A DNA stretch of 64,000 nt from Ruditapes philippinarum (GCF_026571515.1 NW_026865060.1:62001-126000); one strand, 5' to 3'. Counted from the stretch's first letter, positions 44,246 to 58,084 are shown. Notes: generated by a model not told the origin, from the letters alone. A program made the numbers and translations.

Positions 44246-45565
44246 AAAATAAACAGTCTAAAATATGTCGTGGTAGGATCCACGTCAGTGTTTCGCATTA
44301 ATTTAAATTATTTAAAACAAAACTTTCAACAGATTAATGTTTTAAAACACAGTAAAAGCTACAAAATAAAAATACAGAAAATATATAGTTTTTATTTCGT
44401 CATCACAACAAATGAAAAGTTGTGACAAATATATGTATAATTATGTTCTATCTTTATCTTTTATAAGGTATCGAGAAATTTTGCACACTAGATTTTTTTT
44501 TATATAATACAGTGTTTAGATAAATGCTTTTGGTGTGTTCAAGAATATTCAGTTTCCATGCAGAGGTTAGTGATAATCAGTAAGCATTTACAAAATTAAA
44601 TTGGTCAAGACTGGCGCAGCCGCTAACCAGTTATTGTTTGAAAGTATTTTACGACATTTGTTAATGCTGCAATGTTGAACTTTAATCGGAATTGTCTTAA
44701 GTCGTCGTCAGGTCGAGTTCAAATGAAGGAACCATTCAATCTTTTTAGCAATAAATATAGCTAGCCTATATCTAGCGTAATTTTCATAGAGTTATATATT
44801 CTCTCAATCAAATCTGAGAACTTTCTAGATTAAGTCATTGCAGCATTAAATTTCCGTAATTAAAGTATTTTAGCCAAAGATGAGAAAAGTTTATCTCTTT
44901 AACGCAACAGACGAGGATACTAAATAACTTTAAATGAAAACTTAGATAACTTATCAGAACTATAGAATACAAAATGCTAGGTCAGTGTCTAGCAGCTGCT
45001 GTTTAGAAAATTGATTAATTGTAATTTATGACGTCGCTGCGTATTTCTTGTAGATAAATTTAAACTTGGCAAGATATTCATGTAAAAGATGGTCGATTAA
45101 GAAATTGATACGGTAAACTGGCGACCAAGGAAACAGTTATTTTTAGTTAAAATGTAATAAAAGTATCGCATGGGAAAGTATACACACGCTACACAACCTG
45201 TTGATAACGAAAAAATCGTCCCGATACAGACAAACTGTACGGCGTGTATATGATGTTAGATGGGTTGTTATAGATAGATTTTCAAGTAGATACTGAGGGA
45301 TTTACCTTGTACACGTAACACAAGTTATAGTAATTCATAGTGCAGGATGTTCATTTGTTTACATATTGCCGGAAGGAGTGTGTGACACGGATTTAATTAA
45401 TTCACTCTATTAAACTGTATACACACATTTTCAAGTTCGTGTACAGCGAATGTATCACGTGTGCATAAATACTGTATTTTAGAAGTATCGCTTAATTAAC
45501 TTCGCATCACAACATTGTATGACATGGAATAGATTTAACTTATTATAGTGGTGTTTACTATAAAG

Positions 45566-46705
45566 ATGAGTTTAATAGAAACAGCAATGGATTATTTATC
45601 TGTACTGAAACAGCGGTGTCGTGGTGTGTCGTTTGTTATGGTGCTCACTTTGACCGCATTTCTTGGATTTGTTGTATTTTCACCGCTGTTTATTACCGTA
45701 TTTGTTCTAAGATTGTCAAGTGCACGCTGGATAATTGATACCGTTATAAGCACGTGGTTTGCGCTCGCTGTAGCCGCTTTTGAACTTTTGTATGGTGTTA
45801 AAGTTGTAGTGAATGGTGATGTTTCTAATATAGACAAATATTGTAGTTCTCTTATTATCATGAACCATCGGACGAGACTTGATTGGTTGTTTTATTTCGC
45901 AGTACAAGCCAGATATAGCACATTAAGGAGGTTTAAAATATCATTAAAGGATGAACTACGTCACGCACCAGGTGCAGGATGGGCTATGCAAGCAAAGCAG
46001 TTTCTATTTTTGAAAAGGAATTGGGATCTTGATAAAATTCGTATCGAAACATCTTTGAAACATTTCCAGTGCGTAAATTATTACCCACAATTGTTATTTT
46101 TTCCAGAAGGAACGGACTTTACCCCGTACACGCGTAATAAAAGTAAACAATATGCAAAGAAAAACGATCTTCCGGAGTATGAGTACGTCCTTCACCCAAG
46201 GACAACAGGATTTACATCTGTATTTGGTTACATGAAATTATATAACAATTTAAAACAAGTAATAGATGTTACAATAGCATACCCCCAAAATATACTTCAA
46301 AATGAATCCGATCTTCTAAATGGAAATATCCCTAGAGAAATTGTGTTCACAGTGAAGACATATAAAGCCAGTGAGCTTCCTGACACCAGTGACAACGATC
46401 TGGTAATTTGGCTTGAAGGAAGATGGCGCGAAAAGGAGAATTTTCTGAAAACTTTCTATGAACATAAACAACAAACAGACGATAATAATTATGATTTTAA
46501 TCAAAATCTTGATATTGAGAGAGATTTAATTCTGTATTCTATAGGTGCAATACTTTTCTGGGCATTTGTTACTATAGTGACAGTTTGGTGTCTTTTGTTT
46601 TATACATACTTTAGATGGACATTTCTCAGTTTAAGTGTTATTAATTTGATCATCAGTACATGTACAGGGTTTGATTCACTGTTTACTAGTCTGTCCGTCA
46701 TGTAA
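45566..46705 (+). CDS. LCLAT1: Lysocardiolipin acyltransferase 1-like, paralog B, single-exon CDS, 379 aa from the first ATG
   Basis: Same motifs: NHRTRLDW, FLKR, FFPEGTD, YVLHPRTTGF. The first ATG is at 45566; the ORF track's start at 45548 is a GTG. Confidence 0.92.
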   Translation: MSLIETAMDYLSVLKQRCRGVSFVMVLTLTAFLGFVVFSPLFITVFVLRLSSARWIIDTVISTWFALAVAAFELLYGVKVVVNGDVSNIDKYCSSLIIMNHRTRLDWLFYFAVQARYSTLRRFKISLKDELRHAPGAGWAMQAKQFLFLKRNWDLDKIRIETSLKHFQCVNYYPQLLFFPEGTDFTPYTRNKSKQYAKKNDLPEYEYVLHPRTTGFTSVFGYMKLYNNLKQVIDVTIAYPQNILQNESDLLNGNIPREIVFTVKTYKASELPDTSDNDLVIWLEGRWREKENFLKTFYEHKQQTDDNNYDFNQNLDIERDLILYSIGAILFWAFVTIVTVWCLLFYTYFRWTFLSLSVINLIISTCTGFDSLFTSLSVM

Positions 46706-46902
46706 ACTTATCAGTACAATATATCAAGCCAATTTTGTGAGATAAAAAGTGCCATTATCTATACATAGACATCACGTGACTCTGAGTCCATCATATGTGC
46801 CGTGTATAAAATCCTTTTTTGGACAATGTCTTACATTATACATGTGTGTAACAAGGAAACAATGTTATTATATTTATTCAGACACTATGTTATACAGACT
46901 CA

Positions 46903-47022
46903 TACGGAACGTCGGTGGTTCTACTCAGGTGCCCGTTTGTGCCTGAAATAGCGCACGGAGGGACATCGGCTCCATCTGTAAACATATTACCTATACTGTG
47001 ATGGTGGACGTAAAACCCAAGA
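46903..47022 (+). mobile_element. 5'-truncated copy of the 40155 SINE family, downstream of LCLAT1 paralog B
   Basis: TACGGAACGTCGGTGGTTCTACTCAGGTGCCCG is identical to 40273-40305; the copy ends GACGTAAAACCCAA. Confidence 0.8.
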
Positions 47023-47348
47023 AAAATTATTATGCAGACCAAATTATTATTTTAAAACCAGATTTATTGTAAAACAGAATCTCAAATTCATATCTATCTT
47101 CCCTTCTCTTTTAGTTACTACTGAAATATTACTATTTTGAAACCGGAAAAGAGGTTATAAAAATGTTATGATTTGTGTTCATGTTTTATCTTTTGTTAAT
47201 AAAGGTTTCGTTTCGTTCATTATTTTTTCGCAATCATACTTCTGATTCAAATAATTACGTATATATATATAATTTCGCAAAAATGGCAAAGTAAATTGCA
47301 ACTTCCTTTACATCTAAGTGAAGTTTTGTCATTATTTGAGCTGAATTA

Positions 47349-47950
47349 CGGCGGCACAGAGGTGACATGTGTTTGTTTTTACTCTGATTTGTTAATTATC
47401 TAGTGTCCACGACTAAGTAACTCTTGACCACGACATGTATCTCGTGCGCACCACTTAATTATCTCGTGCGTACGACTAAGTAACTCGTGGCCAAGACATA
47501 GTATCTCGTGCGCACGACTTAATTATCTTGTGTCCACGACTAAGTAACTCGTGGCCACGACATAGAATCTCGTTCCCACGACTTAAATATCTCGTGCACA
47601 CAACTTAGTAACTCGTGGCCACCGTGCACGATATAGTATCACGTTCCCACGACTTAATTATCTCGTGCCTAAGACTAAGTAACTCGTGGCCACGACATAG
47701 TATCTCGTTCCCACGACTTAATTATTTCGTAGCCACGACTTAGTAACTCGCGGCTTCGACAAAGTATATCGTGCGCATCACTTAATTATCTCGTAGCCAC
47801 GACTTAGTAATTCGTAGCTACGACATAGTATCTCGTGCGCACCTCTTAATTATCTCGAAGCCACGACTTAGGAACTCGTGGCCACGACCTAGTATCTCAT
47901 GCGCACAGATAAATAAAAACCTACACAAGCATGTCACCTCTTTGCCACCG
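47349..47950. mobile_element. MITE with TA TSD (Tc1/mariner-type target) carrying an internal ~64-bp tandem array
   Basis: TIRs CGGCGGCACAGAGGTGACATG / CATGTCACCTCTTTGCCACCG (19/21), TA on both sides. About 8 internal units, each built of three ~21-bp TCGTG..CACGA subunits. Confidence 0.85.
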
Positions 47951-48264
47951 TATAGATCTGTAACGTTTCCGTTCGGAACACCTTTTATGTGTGTAATTTG
48001 CACGTGTTGTCGCAACACATCTGAAGTATGCCTTCTAGCTGGGTATGTTGTCCATATTTTAGTAACACCCAAAATTAAAAGCTGACTAACAAAGAATTGA
48101 TAAGTATACATTATGTTACACTTAATGTTACATACTAGAACTGTTGAGACATGTAGCTATTTGATTATCCCATATCCGGGTAATGATCACCATGTTTCAT
48201 CTTGGTATTAACATTTTTAAAAATGACATCCTGTCTTACAATACTCTATTGGTTTATTATGTAT

Positions 48265-48482
48265 CCTACAAATAGAAACATGAATACCACACTAAGAAAC
48301 ATGTGTACCATGTAGGGTCATGTATACCACAAATAGAAAACATGAGTTTCAAATGTAGAAAACATGTATACCACATGTAGAATTCGCGTATACCATAAAT
48401 ATAGAAAACATGTATACCACATGTAGAATACGCGTATATGCAACAAATATAGAAAACACGTATACTACAAATAGAAAACATT
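48265..48482. repeat. ~22-24-bp degenerate minisatellite
   Basis: Repeated CAAATAGAAAACATGTATACCA. Confidence 0.75.
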
Positions 48483-49511
48483 TTGTTTATACGCGAAACA
48501 CCAATGGTACAATTCTAACTACAATAGAGCACATGGTATTTACGAAGGAAGAACACCAGTTTGACGACCATTAAACCCGCGTCATTATTTCATTTGATAA
48601 TTGACAACACGTGTAGAACAACAGCTGATATCTGTTTCACAGACCTGAGATACCAAACTGGCATTATATCCTTACATTCCAATTACTGTAATCATTTTAT
48701 ATAGAATACAGCAGGATCGTATCGTCAAAATGAAGTTAAAAATTAGAATTACAATGTACTAGTGTTGTAATTGATCAATTATCATTGCTTGTTATAGAGT
48801 GTAATGATGTAAACAATATGTAAGTACCACTTAGACAATGCTCACAGTGTAACTAACACAAACAATATTTGCTTGATATATATGGGAGCCTTTAAGTGCC
48901 ACTCTAATGTTGTTGTTAATACCATCCTTGATATTATAAACACGCACGCACGCGCTCAACGTCGTTAATACATATATATACTTTTAACATATAGAAATAT
49001 ACATTGCGTTCTTGGTACTGAGATAAAATTTCTTCATTCCTTTCGAAAAAAACAACAACAAACAAGTCTGTGTTGCAGTAATCTGTAAATTGTTTTTCTA
49101 GAACATATTGCACGTGTCAGTATCGACTAGGTAATCACCAGATGGAATACTTCTATATTGATCACACAGATTCCGTGCATACATAATACATTATCTACTT
49201 ATCAATATTGTCTCAGTTAATGCAATTACATATTGATCTAACTATCTATATACTTACTGTTAACCCTTTAACCTGCTGGAACAGAAGTCGACTATGTGGC
49301 AACTAACTTTTACCACCAGTAAGAACCAGGCCAGCTTGCACATCCGTACAGTCTGCCCAGGCTCTATACTGCCGGAACCTCAATTATTGTATTTTCGACA
49401 ATGAATTCCCTAAAACTTTGAATAGACTATTCCATATGCAAAGCATAGCGAATCCATTATACAAATTCAGCGGATTTCGGGATAATGCAGTAATACCTAA
49501 AAATAATTAAA

Positions 49512-50176
49512 AAACTAGAAATGTGTTCATAGGACACGGGTGTCCCCACACTCCACCGATTTGTCAATCTTATGTCTCTAGGTCATTTTTTTTTGGCTAC
49601 ATGTGCCCAAGTTGAAAACTAAAAGTATTTATTAAGTAAAGGACAAATACTACAAATACTGATTAAAGCCACAAGAAAACCCCAAGGTGCATAAGTACAC
49701 ATGCTGACCAACATTCTTGTAAACTTTCAGGCCTACAGGTCATAAACTTTTTGAGATACGTGCAACACAAGTTAAATATTGTAAATTTTTACTAAGTCAA
49801 GGGCAATAACTTTAAAAATACTAAATATATCCACACGAAAATACCCAGTTGCACAACAACACATGCTGATCAACATTCCTGTAAGGTTTCATGATACTAG
49901 GTCAAATATTTTTTGAGTTACGTGCGACACAAGTTGAAAATTGGAAATTTTTACTAATTCAAGGGCAATAACTCTAAAAATACTTAATATATCCACACGA
50001 AAATATCCAGGTGCAAAACAACACATGCTGATTAACATTCTTGTAAGGTTTCATGACTAGGTTAAATATGTTTTGAGTTACGTGCGACACAAAAAGGGAA
50101 CGGACGGACGGAAGGACGGACGGACGGACAAGGGTAAATCTAAACCCCCCCCCCCCCTATAGTGGGGGCACAAAAA
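49512..50176 (+). mobile_element. HINE/pearl-like element with 162-bp core repeats
   Basis: ACATGCTGA recurs at 49699, 49861 and 50023. (GGAC)n at 50101-50129, 3' C-run/G-run hairpin, and subterminal TGTCCCCAC / GTGGGGGCA. Confidence 0.75.
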
Positions 50177-52709
50177 GTCAACTGTAAGTAAAACTGTACT
50201 TATCGTTATTTATTGCGGCATTTTTGTTCTGTTCCACTAAATCAATTTTGCTTAAATTGAAACATTTGAATTAAATAATTTTGTCCTTTTACCCCGAAGG
50301 ATTTATTTTCGAGTTTGAACGCTGGATACTCAAGCATTATGTATGAAGTATAATGAAATCTAGAATAATAGAACTTTTTTTTAGATGTCTGGCAAATGTG
50401 CAAATATAAGGAGTCTAATGTTGTCATACAAATTATGTAATTAACCTATAAGGAATGTGTGTTGTTGGTATAAGTATAGTTTGCACCATGAAATTATTGA
50501 TGGCAGTGGAATGTTTACAAAATTTAGGAATTCTTAGTTGATAAGCTAAAGATGAAAGAGATTTCCAGTAATAAGCGCTACAAGATTTTTTACAAGCGTT
50601 TTCTAATTAAGATTTACAAAAGTTGACCTCTGGTTATAAGACAGATCAGTTTCTAATAAATGGGACACTGTACAGCAGTTTCCAGCATTATGAGTTCTTT
50701 TCACAAGTAATTTTATTATACGGCGAATCCCGCTTTTTTCTTAATTCATTTATGCAACTCTGTTCTTTTTTCAGGCGCGCTTTTAACAACTTATCTGTCA
50801 ACTTATGTTTTATATAGAGTCACTTACATGTTATTATATTTGAGATGCTTCTGACATAATTAGTTTTTATATCATAAATTACTATAATACGGAGGCTGTG
50901 ATGAGCCATACATCATAAATTACTATAATACGCAGGCTGTGATGAGCCATATATCATATTTGTCGTGTTATATATGTGTGAACTTAAATATTTTTCTGTC
51001 AAAAACAGGCTTTGGCTCTTTATGATATTTCATGATCTCCCTTTAGTTTTCACTATAAAGTTATATTCATTGCTTTATATATAAGTGTCTTGGTGAATAT
51101 TCAATATATAAGCTACACAAATGTGTATTCTAAATTTATCTGTTAACTTAACAAACAATTTTTGCGTCCTTGTATTAAATAACTTTCTTCAAAGTATGAA
51201 ATATCGCCAGAGAGATGATTTGGAGATACTATAAAATTAAGAATGTTACAACAGCAAGTTCAAAGGTCACATGTTTGTTAATTACTCTATTAATGAATAT
51301 ATTTTGCATTGAAAGTATATTTAGATTAAGAAACTGAAATTATGAGACATCTGAGATAATAATGTAAGTAGTGAAATGGTTGAAGTTCTGTATATACATT
51401 TTACGTGATTTTCCCAGAAGAAGAATAGTTTAATAAAGAAGAATTTCAGACTGATTACATGTATATAATATGATATGATGTTTTAGAAACATGTAAACTA
51501 TTGTGGCGTTCAGCTTGAAAAAGACCACGGATATGCCTTATTTATAGAAGTTTGAAATCATTAAGCTGACCTAGAAACAAGATTTGGGTTGTTGTGTATA
51601 CGAGTCCTATGATACTCCTATATCACACGTTATAATTACTATAAAAGAATCATGAGGTTAATTGTAAGAGATCAATTATTGTTCATCTATATATAAATAG
51701 CTGCTGGTTTGCTTAATTAATTGGAAAGAGCTGGTCTCAGGGGTGTCAGCCTAAATTATGCGATTAATCGATATATTCACTCTGTAATATAGGCCCACAT
51801 TTGCCAGAAATTCCCTAGTCACTCTGTAATATAGGCCCACATTTGCCAGAAATTCCCTAGTAGAAGGTAACTGTTTATCTAAATTACTTCTCTGCAGGAT
51901 ATCTTATTATAACACTGGCGTGAACTATAAACTGTCCATGGTGCATTAGCGATACAACTCTTATCAGAAACAATATGGCCATTTACCAGTGGTCAGTGTG
52001 GATTGATTTCACCTCAACATTAGATAAGGTCTAAGGAATGAAAATAATGTTGATTCTGTGAAATATGTTTTATATAGATTTAACAACTGATTACAAATAT
52101 AATAACAAAGCCATTAATTGTCATAGTGTTACATTAAGTTTTAAAATACATGCATGATTTAATACAGAAAGTTGTAAGTATTTTACAGTTTAGAATAAGT
52201 AAACAAAGATGCAGTTAAGGAAACTGATATAACAAATCAATAAATCAGTAGTACTGCATGCCGCATTCCAAACAAATGTAGTAAAACAAATGTTAATGTC
52301 TATGTCTGAAGAGTTTGCAACTACACCTGATTGATTCTTCTTTGAAAATTCAAATCAACACAATAAAACTATTTTCGCAACCTGTGTGAAAATCATGAAT
52401 TTAATCATGAATTTATAATAAATACATGTACATCATCAATAAATATTAAGCTTGTTATTAATAGCAGCTTAAACCACCACACAAATAAGCTTGCCAGATA
52501 ATTCAAAGAACTGAAAGTATGCTATATTAAATAGCATTTTTGTAAAACCGAGATGATTTTCCGTGACTCGTATTCTTACATTTTTAACCTTTTTGAAGAA
52601 TTTAATTTGTCATGAAAAAATGAATCCCAAAACCAGGAAACAAAAATAACTGCATTTAAGTAAAGCATACAGACAAATTGAAAAAAATCAATTTGTTTTA
52701 TAGATGTTT

Positions 52710-53974
52710 TTATTTTGACCTTGGGGTTGATGTAAGTGGTCTCTTTCTACGTGCACCGTGTTGTGGTGTGTCATCAAGCTGACGTTTTGATTTCTTCTGT
52801 TTAATATTTGGGAGGTCACAGAGAGACACAAAGTGTGTTTCAGGCCCAAAGTCATACTCAACTTCACCACATGAGTTCCTTTTCAAAACTCCACTTTCAA
52901 CAAAGTTGGGTAGCACACTGCTATGACTTCCAACTGTTTCCATATACGAAATTTGTAACTGCATAAGTTCAGCGAGTCTTTCAATTGATGACTGTGGTGG
53001 GAGCCATTTCTTTGGATTAGCCGTTTTAAAACCTGCCTTTTGACTGGCGTCTTCCTTTTTACCAATGGTGATAGCTTGAATATCATCGAAGGAAACATTT
53101 GAATGACGCCTTTTTAAGCTGTAAAAAACCCTTGTGCACAAATCATGAAAATCAGTTTCGAGACCACTTGTTTGAACAAAAACAGCCCAGATGCAGTTTA
53201 TTTCTTTAGAGTTTGTCACATCAAAACTGACTGCATTTCCTATGCTATCTGGGCAATAAATATCTAAAAGTGATTTTATGTCATTGTCTATTGCTGACGC
53301 AATGTGGACCTGACCAGCTACAATTCTTATTTCATCATCTTTTTCTGAAGATTTGTATCGAAGTATGTTTTTTCTAATTTGTGCTTGTGAGGATCGGCTC
53401 CACTCTTTGCTACATTCATTCAGTGACAGGAGAGACTGGAATCTTGAACACTTAAGGTTTACTATGTCTTCATATGACAATTCTCTGAACTGTATATGAA
53501 TTCTGAGAAGTCATTCTCAAACCAGCATATTTGTTTCCATTCCAACTGATTGAAATTCTGCTTATAATCTACTACCAATGTTGGAATATCACTTTCATTG
53601 ATATTTAAAGAGTCAAATAATATTGATGTTCTTAATATCTGTGTTTTGGCTATCAGTTTGTAAAGTTCTAATGACATTGTTTGAAATGTACTCTCTTCAG
53701 ACACAAGCTGCTGTTCAATATCTCTAAGAATCTTCTTACAGGAATTGGTTGTATTATGTTGGCATAAATATTTAAAAACTGTCAATACTGTGGCACATTC
53801 TTTGCCTAGAAATGTTCTTGAACCACCCTGAAAAGATTAGAGAGCGCGTTTTAAATTACTTTTCTGAATATTGTCTCCACTTCTGCTAAGGACACTATAA
53901 ACATCCTCAATGAATATAAAATTCTCATTGGTATTCTGATCTTTGTTGATCTTGAAGGTTTGAGAAAATTTCAT
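52710..53974 (-). pseudogene. Unidentified ~420-codon single-exon reading frame with one in-frame stop (53837-53839) and one frameshift (~53462-53510)
   Basis: ORFs 53837..54046 and 53462..53785 are in the same frame, separated only by TAA. ORF 52710..53480 overlaps in another frame. There is an acceptor TTTACAG just before the ATG at 53974 and a strong upstream donor AAG|GTAAGA near 54654. No family recognised. Confidence 0.55.
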
Positions 53975-56917
53975 GATAACCCATTGATGAGAACCTGTAA
54001 AAGAAACCTTAAAGTTTGAGTAAAACTTAAAAGCGACTATTTTCAATAACTTATATTTTGTTATAACCTATGGTTGATAAGAAGTAGTGCCTAAATGGAC
54101 ACATAGACTGATGCCGTTAACAACAGACACATTGTTGTGACATTGGACTGAATTGAATGTTTATACATATTTCATTAATAATATTTTATGGTAAATGTAA
54201 TAGATGTAGATGGTCTATTAACAAAGCTCCTACTCTGAACAAGTTCTAATAAAATTAGATAGAAACGGTGACCTATAGATAGTTTGAAAGGTTCTACAAT
54301 AATTTGATTCAGTAAAATAGGTTGTTGTACAAGGCTAAATTTCAATAGTTTCTTATCACATAATTGTAAACGTTAAACAAATGATTTTTTTATATATGTA
54401 CTTTTTTCTTGATTGTAAAACTGACTGCCAATTCAATGGAAATAAATTTCAAACTAATTGTTAGCCTTAAATCTATTCATTAACGTAAATATAATGAGCA
54501 CTCAAAACTGCTTAAATACAAATGCAGCACTTTACTATCAATGTATGTTTTATCTTAAATGACCGAATTATTTCTCCGATCTGGACATGTATAAACTAAT
54601 GCTTGTTACTGAGTATACATTTTAATTCGAACAGTAAATAAATAAGTATCTTACCTTATCATATTTGCCTTCCACTGTGTTTTAAAATGAAAACAATTAT
54701 CATATAAAAAGAAAACAGACTTAAACCTGCTATTCAACAAAATAATATGAACAAGAGGCCAGCAATTTATTTGTATTAGTATTTATGTAAACAGAAGTAC
54801 CATCATTAGTTTCTGGTTTGGGCTTATCAGATGGAAATGGGATATTAATTGCCCCCCATGCTGTGAATCAGCCACACTGACCACTTAATGTCTTTACGGT
54901 AATTCTGTAAATAACAGTACTGGCCAGATCAGTAGTGATCAGATTTTTGGGTCTATGGTCTCGTCTGTATTCACGATATATATATTCATTATCCGACCTT
55001 GTACGTTGATGTTTTGTTTCTCTATTATTCTTTTTACCCTCGTGAACCGTTCTTTATAGAGTTATAGAGTTCTTACAACGACAACAACAACAATAACATT
55101 CTTTAGATTCATGCACACACTAAATAAAATGTGTTTTGAATGATTTATAAACTAAATAGGCATGTATGCATATGTATAATGTATTTAGTATATAGATATA
55201 TACATACAGCTGTACTTTTATTTCCTCCATATATGGAGAGCAAAACATATTTACATTTACATGTATATACATTGTCAAATTAATTATGCATAAACAACAT
55301 ACATTATTAGTTTATTACTTCTTTATATGATACATAAATACATATTTGGTATTAATTATTCAATTAAATATTTAGCGCATGTAAATAATTTAAATAATTT
55401 TTGGCATATTTTGAACATTTTAAGTGCACCAATTAATTGTTCTATAGAAGAGATTCTAGATCTTTGTACCTCAGAAAATTTCCTTTAAGTGAAAATCTCA
55501 GTTATTTGTGGTTGGTGTATATTACAATAATTTGTTATTCTAACAGATATATAGCAATCAGAAACATGTTATTCTAACAGATATATAGCAATCAGAAACA
55601 TGTTATTCTAACAGATATAATTATATAGCAATCATAAACACACTTTTAAAACTATTTTAAAATGTTTGAAACCTACAAACTAAACATAGATTTTCTTGTA
55701 ATGGTTTGAACAGTATACTTTACAGGAAAGTCAACTTTCATCCTGCGGATTTGATTTTATATGGATTAATCTTATAGGATCGAGGTAATAAATTATAGAA
55801 ATCGTGTCGGTTATAGTGATTCCATACTTACATACATGACTAAATTATTCACATATATTTTACTCTGTAAATGACATTAAAGCCACGCGTATTGTGTTCA
55901 TGTATTTTTTATGAATCATTTTTTCATATATGAATCTTGATTAATTGATATAGTAAGCCAGTAGAATAATAATACAACTAACATTTCGATTCTGGTTCTT
56001 CTCTTATAAAATCGTTCTTGTTTATAGCAAGTATTAAGTTAGACAATCAATATTTTATTAATGCATTGAATGAAACAGTAGAGAAAACATAAAGTACCAT
56101 GTAATACGTGGTTTGTAACATTGTGCAGTGATCCAAATTTTTCTGCTATGGTAACGAAGGTTATATAAAAGTTAATTTACTGGAATTGTACAGCGATGAT
56201 ATAGATCTAGTTGATGTCTCTAGTGACTCAACGTTCTCGTTACTATCTCACTAACTAGTTGAATTATTTATTTACAATAGGTCAATGTAAACATAAAACT
56301 GCTTATACACTAGTCAACTCACATATTGATATTTTTCTAAATACTCTGTTTTCCTGCTTGTGTTTGTAAAATTGTACCGTAGACAATAGTTTACAAAGAA
56401 ATTCCAAAAAAAGATCGATATCATTAGAACAGAAATTTCTGAGATATTTACTAAACATTTGCTAACTTAGAGTAATGATGTGGTACTCAAGTGAGTTTTT
56501 CATTGTCTAACAGTTTACAGCTACTTTATGTAATTAATTACAACAGTTAAATTAACAGACTTTATCAATAAGTTACAGTTTCATCGTACTTTGGAGGTAT
56601 ATGATATTATCTTATTTGCGAAGAAGTATTTGCTATACTTTGTTAATGTAATGTACATGTATATGTATATTTCACATCATTATACATTATTATATTATAT
56701 TATCATTATACATTATATCTTCCTCATTGACCTACATCATATGCTGAACTAGCTAGTACACGATGGAATTCATCTTCAATATCATTTAACTGGCACACAG
56801 TACTTTTACGATAATTTCTGTTTACAATGTATGCTTCATTACATGTATTCAAATGTAAAGTCAGCTGAACAAGAAAGCATCAAACCATTTAGAGCATGAG
56901 TGTCCTTCCTATAGAGA

Positions 56918-57895
56918 TCAAGTCAAGTCAAGTCAAGTCAAAAGATTTATTCAGCCCAAAATACATGTCATACAAAATATGATAGTTAACATTATAAGGT
57001 TGTGTCTTTTACAAGTTTTGATTCTCATTACATTTGAATACTACTGTGCTTTAGAGATCATGAGGTGGTAAATATAAGTAGAGATTTTCTTAATTATAAA
57101 ATCATCATTTGATGAAAGTAATTCATAAAAGTTATGTAATTTAGTTCCGTAATTATACCAGTTTAGTAAATAGGTATTTCTTATTTCTAAATATTTTTTA
57201 CAATGAAAAAAGCATAATATTCACAGTCAATGTGATAAGTTAAAAGATTTTCAAGACAAAAGTTGCAAAAGCGTTCTTGAAAAGGTATATTTAAATGCCT
57301 ACCGATTTCAACATTATTTTTGTGATTTGAACATCGAAATTTAGCATATGCTAAAAATTATGCTTTCTTATGTTTTACAGGGATTTCTATTAGAAGATAC
57401 CGTTCTACATTTAATAAGCTTTTAAAATAACAATAATGGTGACATCTACTTGCATTGTTAATATTATCATGCCAATTTTGAGTATAACAATCTATTATGC
57501 GTTGTTTAAAAATGCTAACAAAAATATTCACATCTCCTATTTCTTGAGAAATCGAAATGTAACCAAATCCGTAATAGTACAAAAGTATTCGTATTTTGCT
57601 AGTCCAACAAGTTCTTCCAGCTTCATCTAGTGATTTTAAAATTAAATAACATTGTTTTGGACAACGGCATGGTGTCATAACTAATATTTTACACCAATAA
57701 CGGATGCAATTGGTATAATAAAAGTAATACAAAGTGGGAGTCTACCACATTCACCTAACACCATGCTTGTATTTGTATTTTTTCGAACATTTAATAAACC
57801 CTTACAGAACACATTATGAAAAAATTCTATAGTTGGACTAAATTCATACCCCCAAATCTGTGATCCATAACAAAGAATAGGTTTGATCATTGTAT
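56918..57895 (-). mobile_element. 5'-truncated, decayed non-LTR retrotransposon (CR1/L2/Crack/Daphne group), ORF2 C-terminus and 3' tail
   Basis: IKPILCYGSQIWG...FCKGLLNVRKNT...VLGECGRLPL...RYWCKI...KFRCSNH...EIGRH...ERFCNFC is typical of the post-RT region. It has frameshifts and stops, then AATAAA and a (TGACT)n tail at 56918-56940. Confidence 0.88.
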
Positions 57896-58084
57896 CATTG
57901 TATCTATCTACGATAGATCTATACTTTGAAATTAAAGATTAACCCCATTGCTAGATGATTACTCGATTTTAAGTGAAAAACTTGAAAGAAGGAACAGTCT
58001 GTAATTTTCCGGCATCTGATTGCTTTTATATCCTCCTTTATTTTTCCTACTTTATTTTATTATTATTATTTTTGTTGTTATTGA

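Noticed and set aside
47400-47900. CRISPR-like palindromic array
   Set aside because: The spacers are repeated rather than unique, the context is eukaryotic, there are no cas genes, and it is enclosed by MITE TIRs.
49259-49486. piggyBac-like MITE (TTAACCC... start)
   Set aside because: The right end (CGGGATAA) is too degenerate to confirm a TIR or TSD.
50865-55640. Short local duplications (~43 bp near 50870, ~41 bp near 51778, ~34 bp near 55535)
   Set aside because: Ordinary slippage duplications with no evident function.
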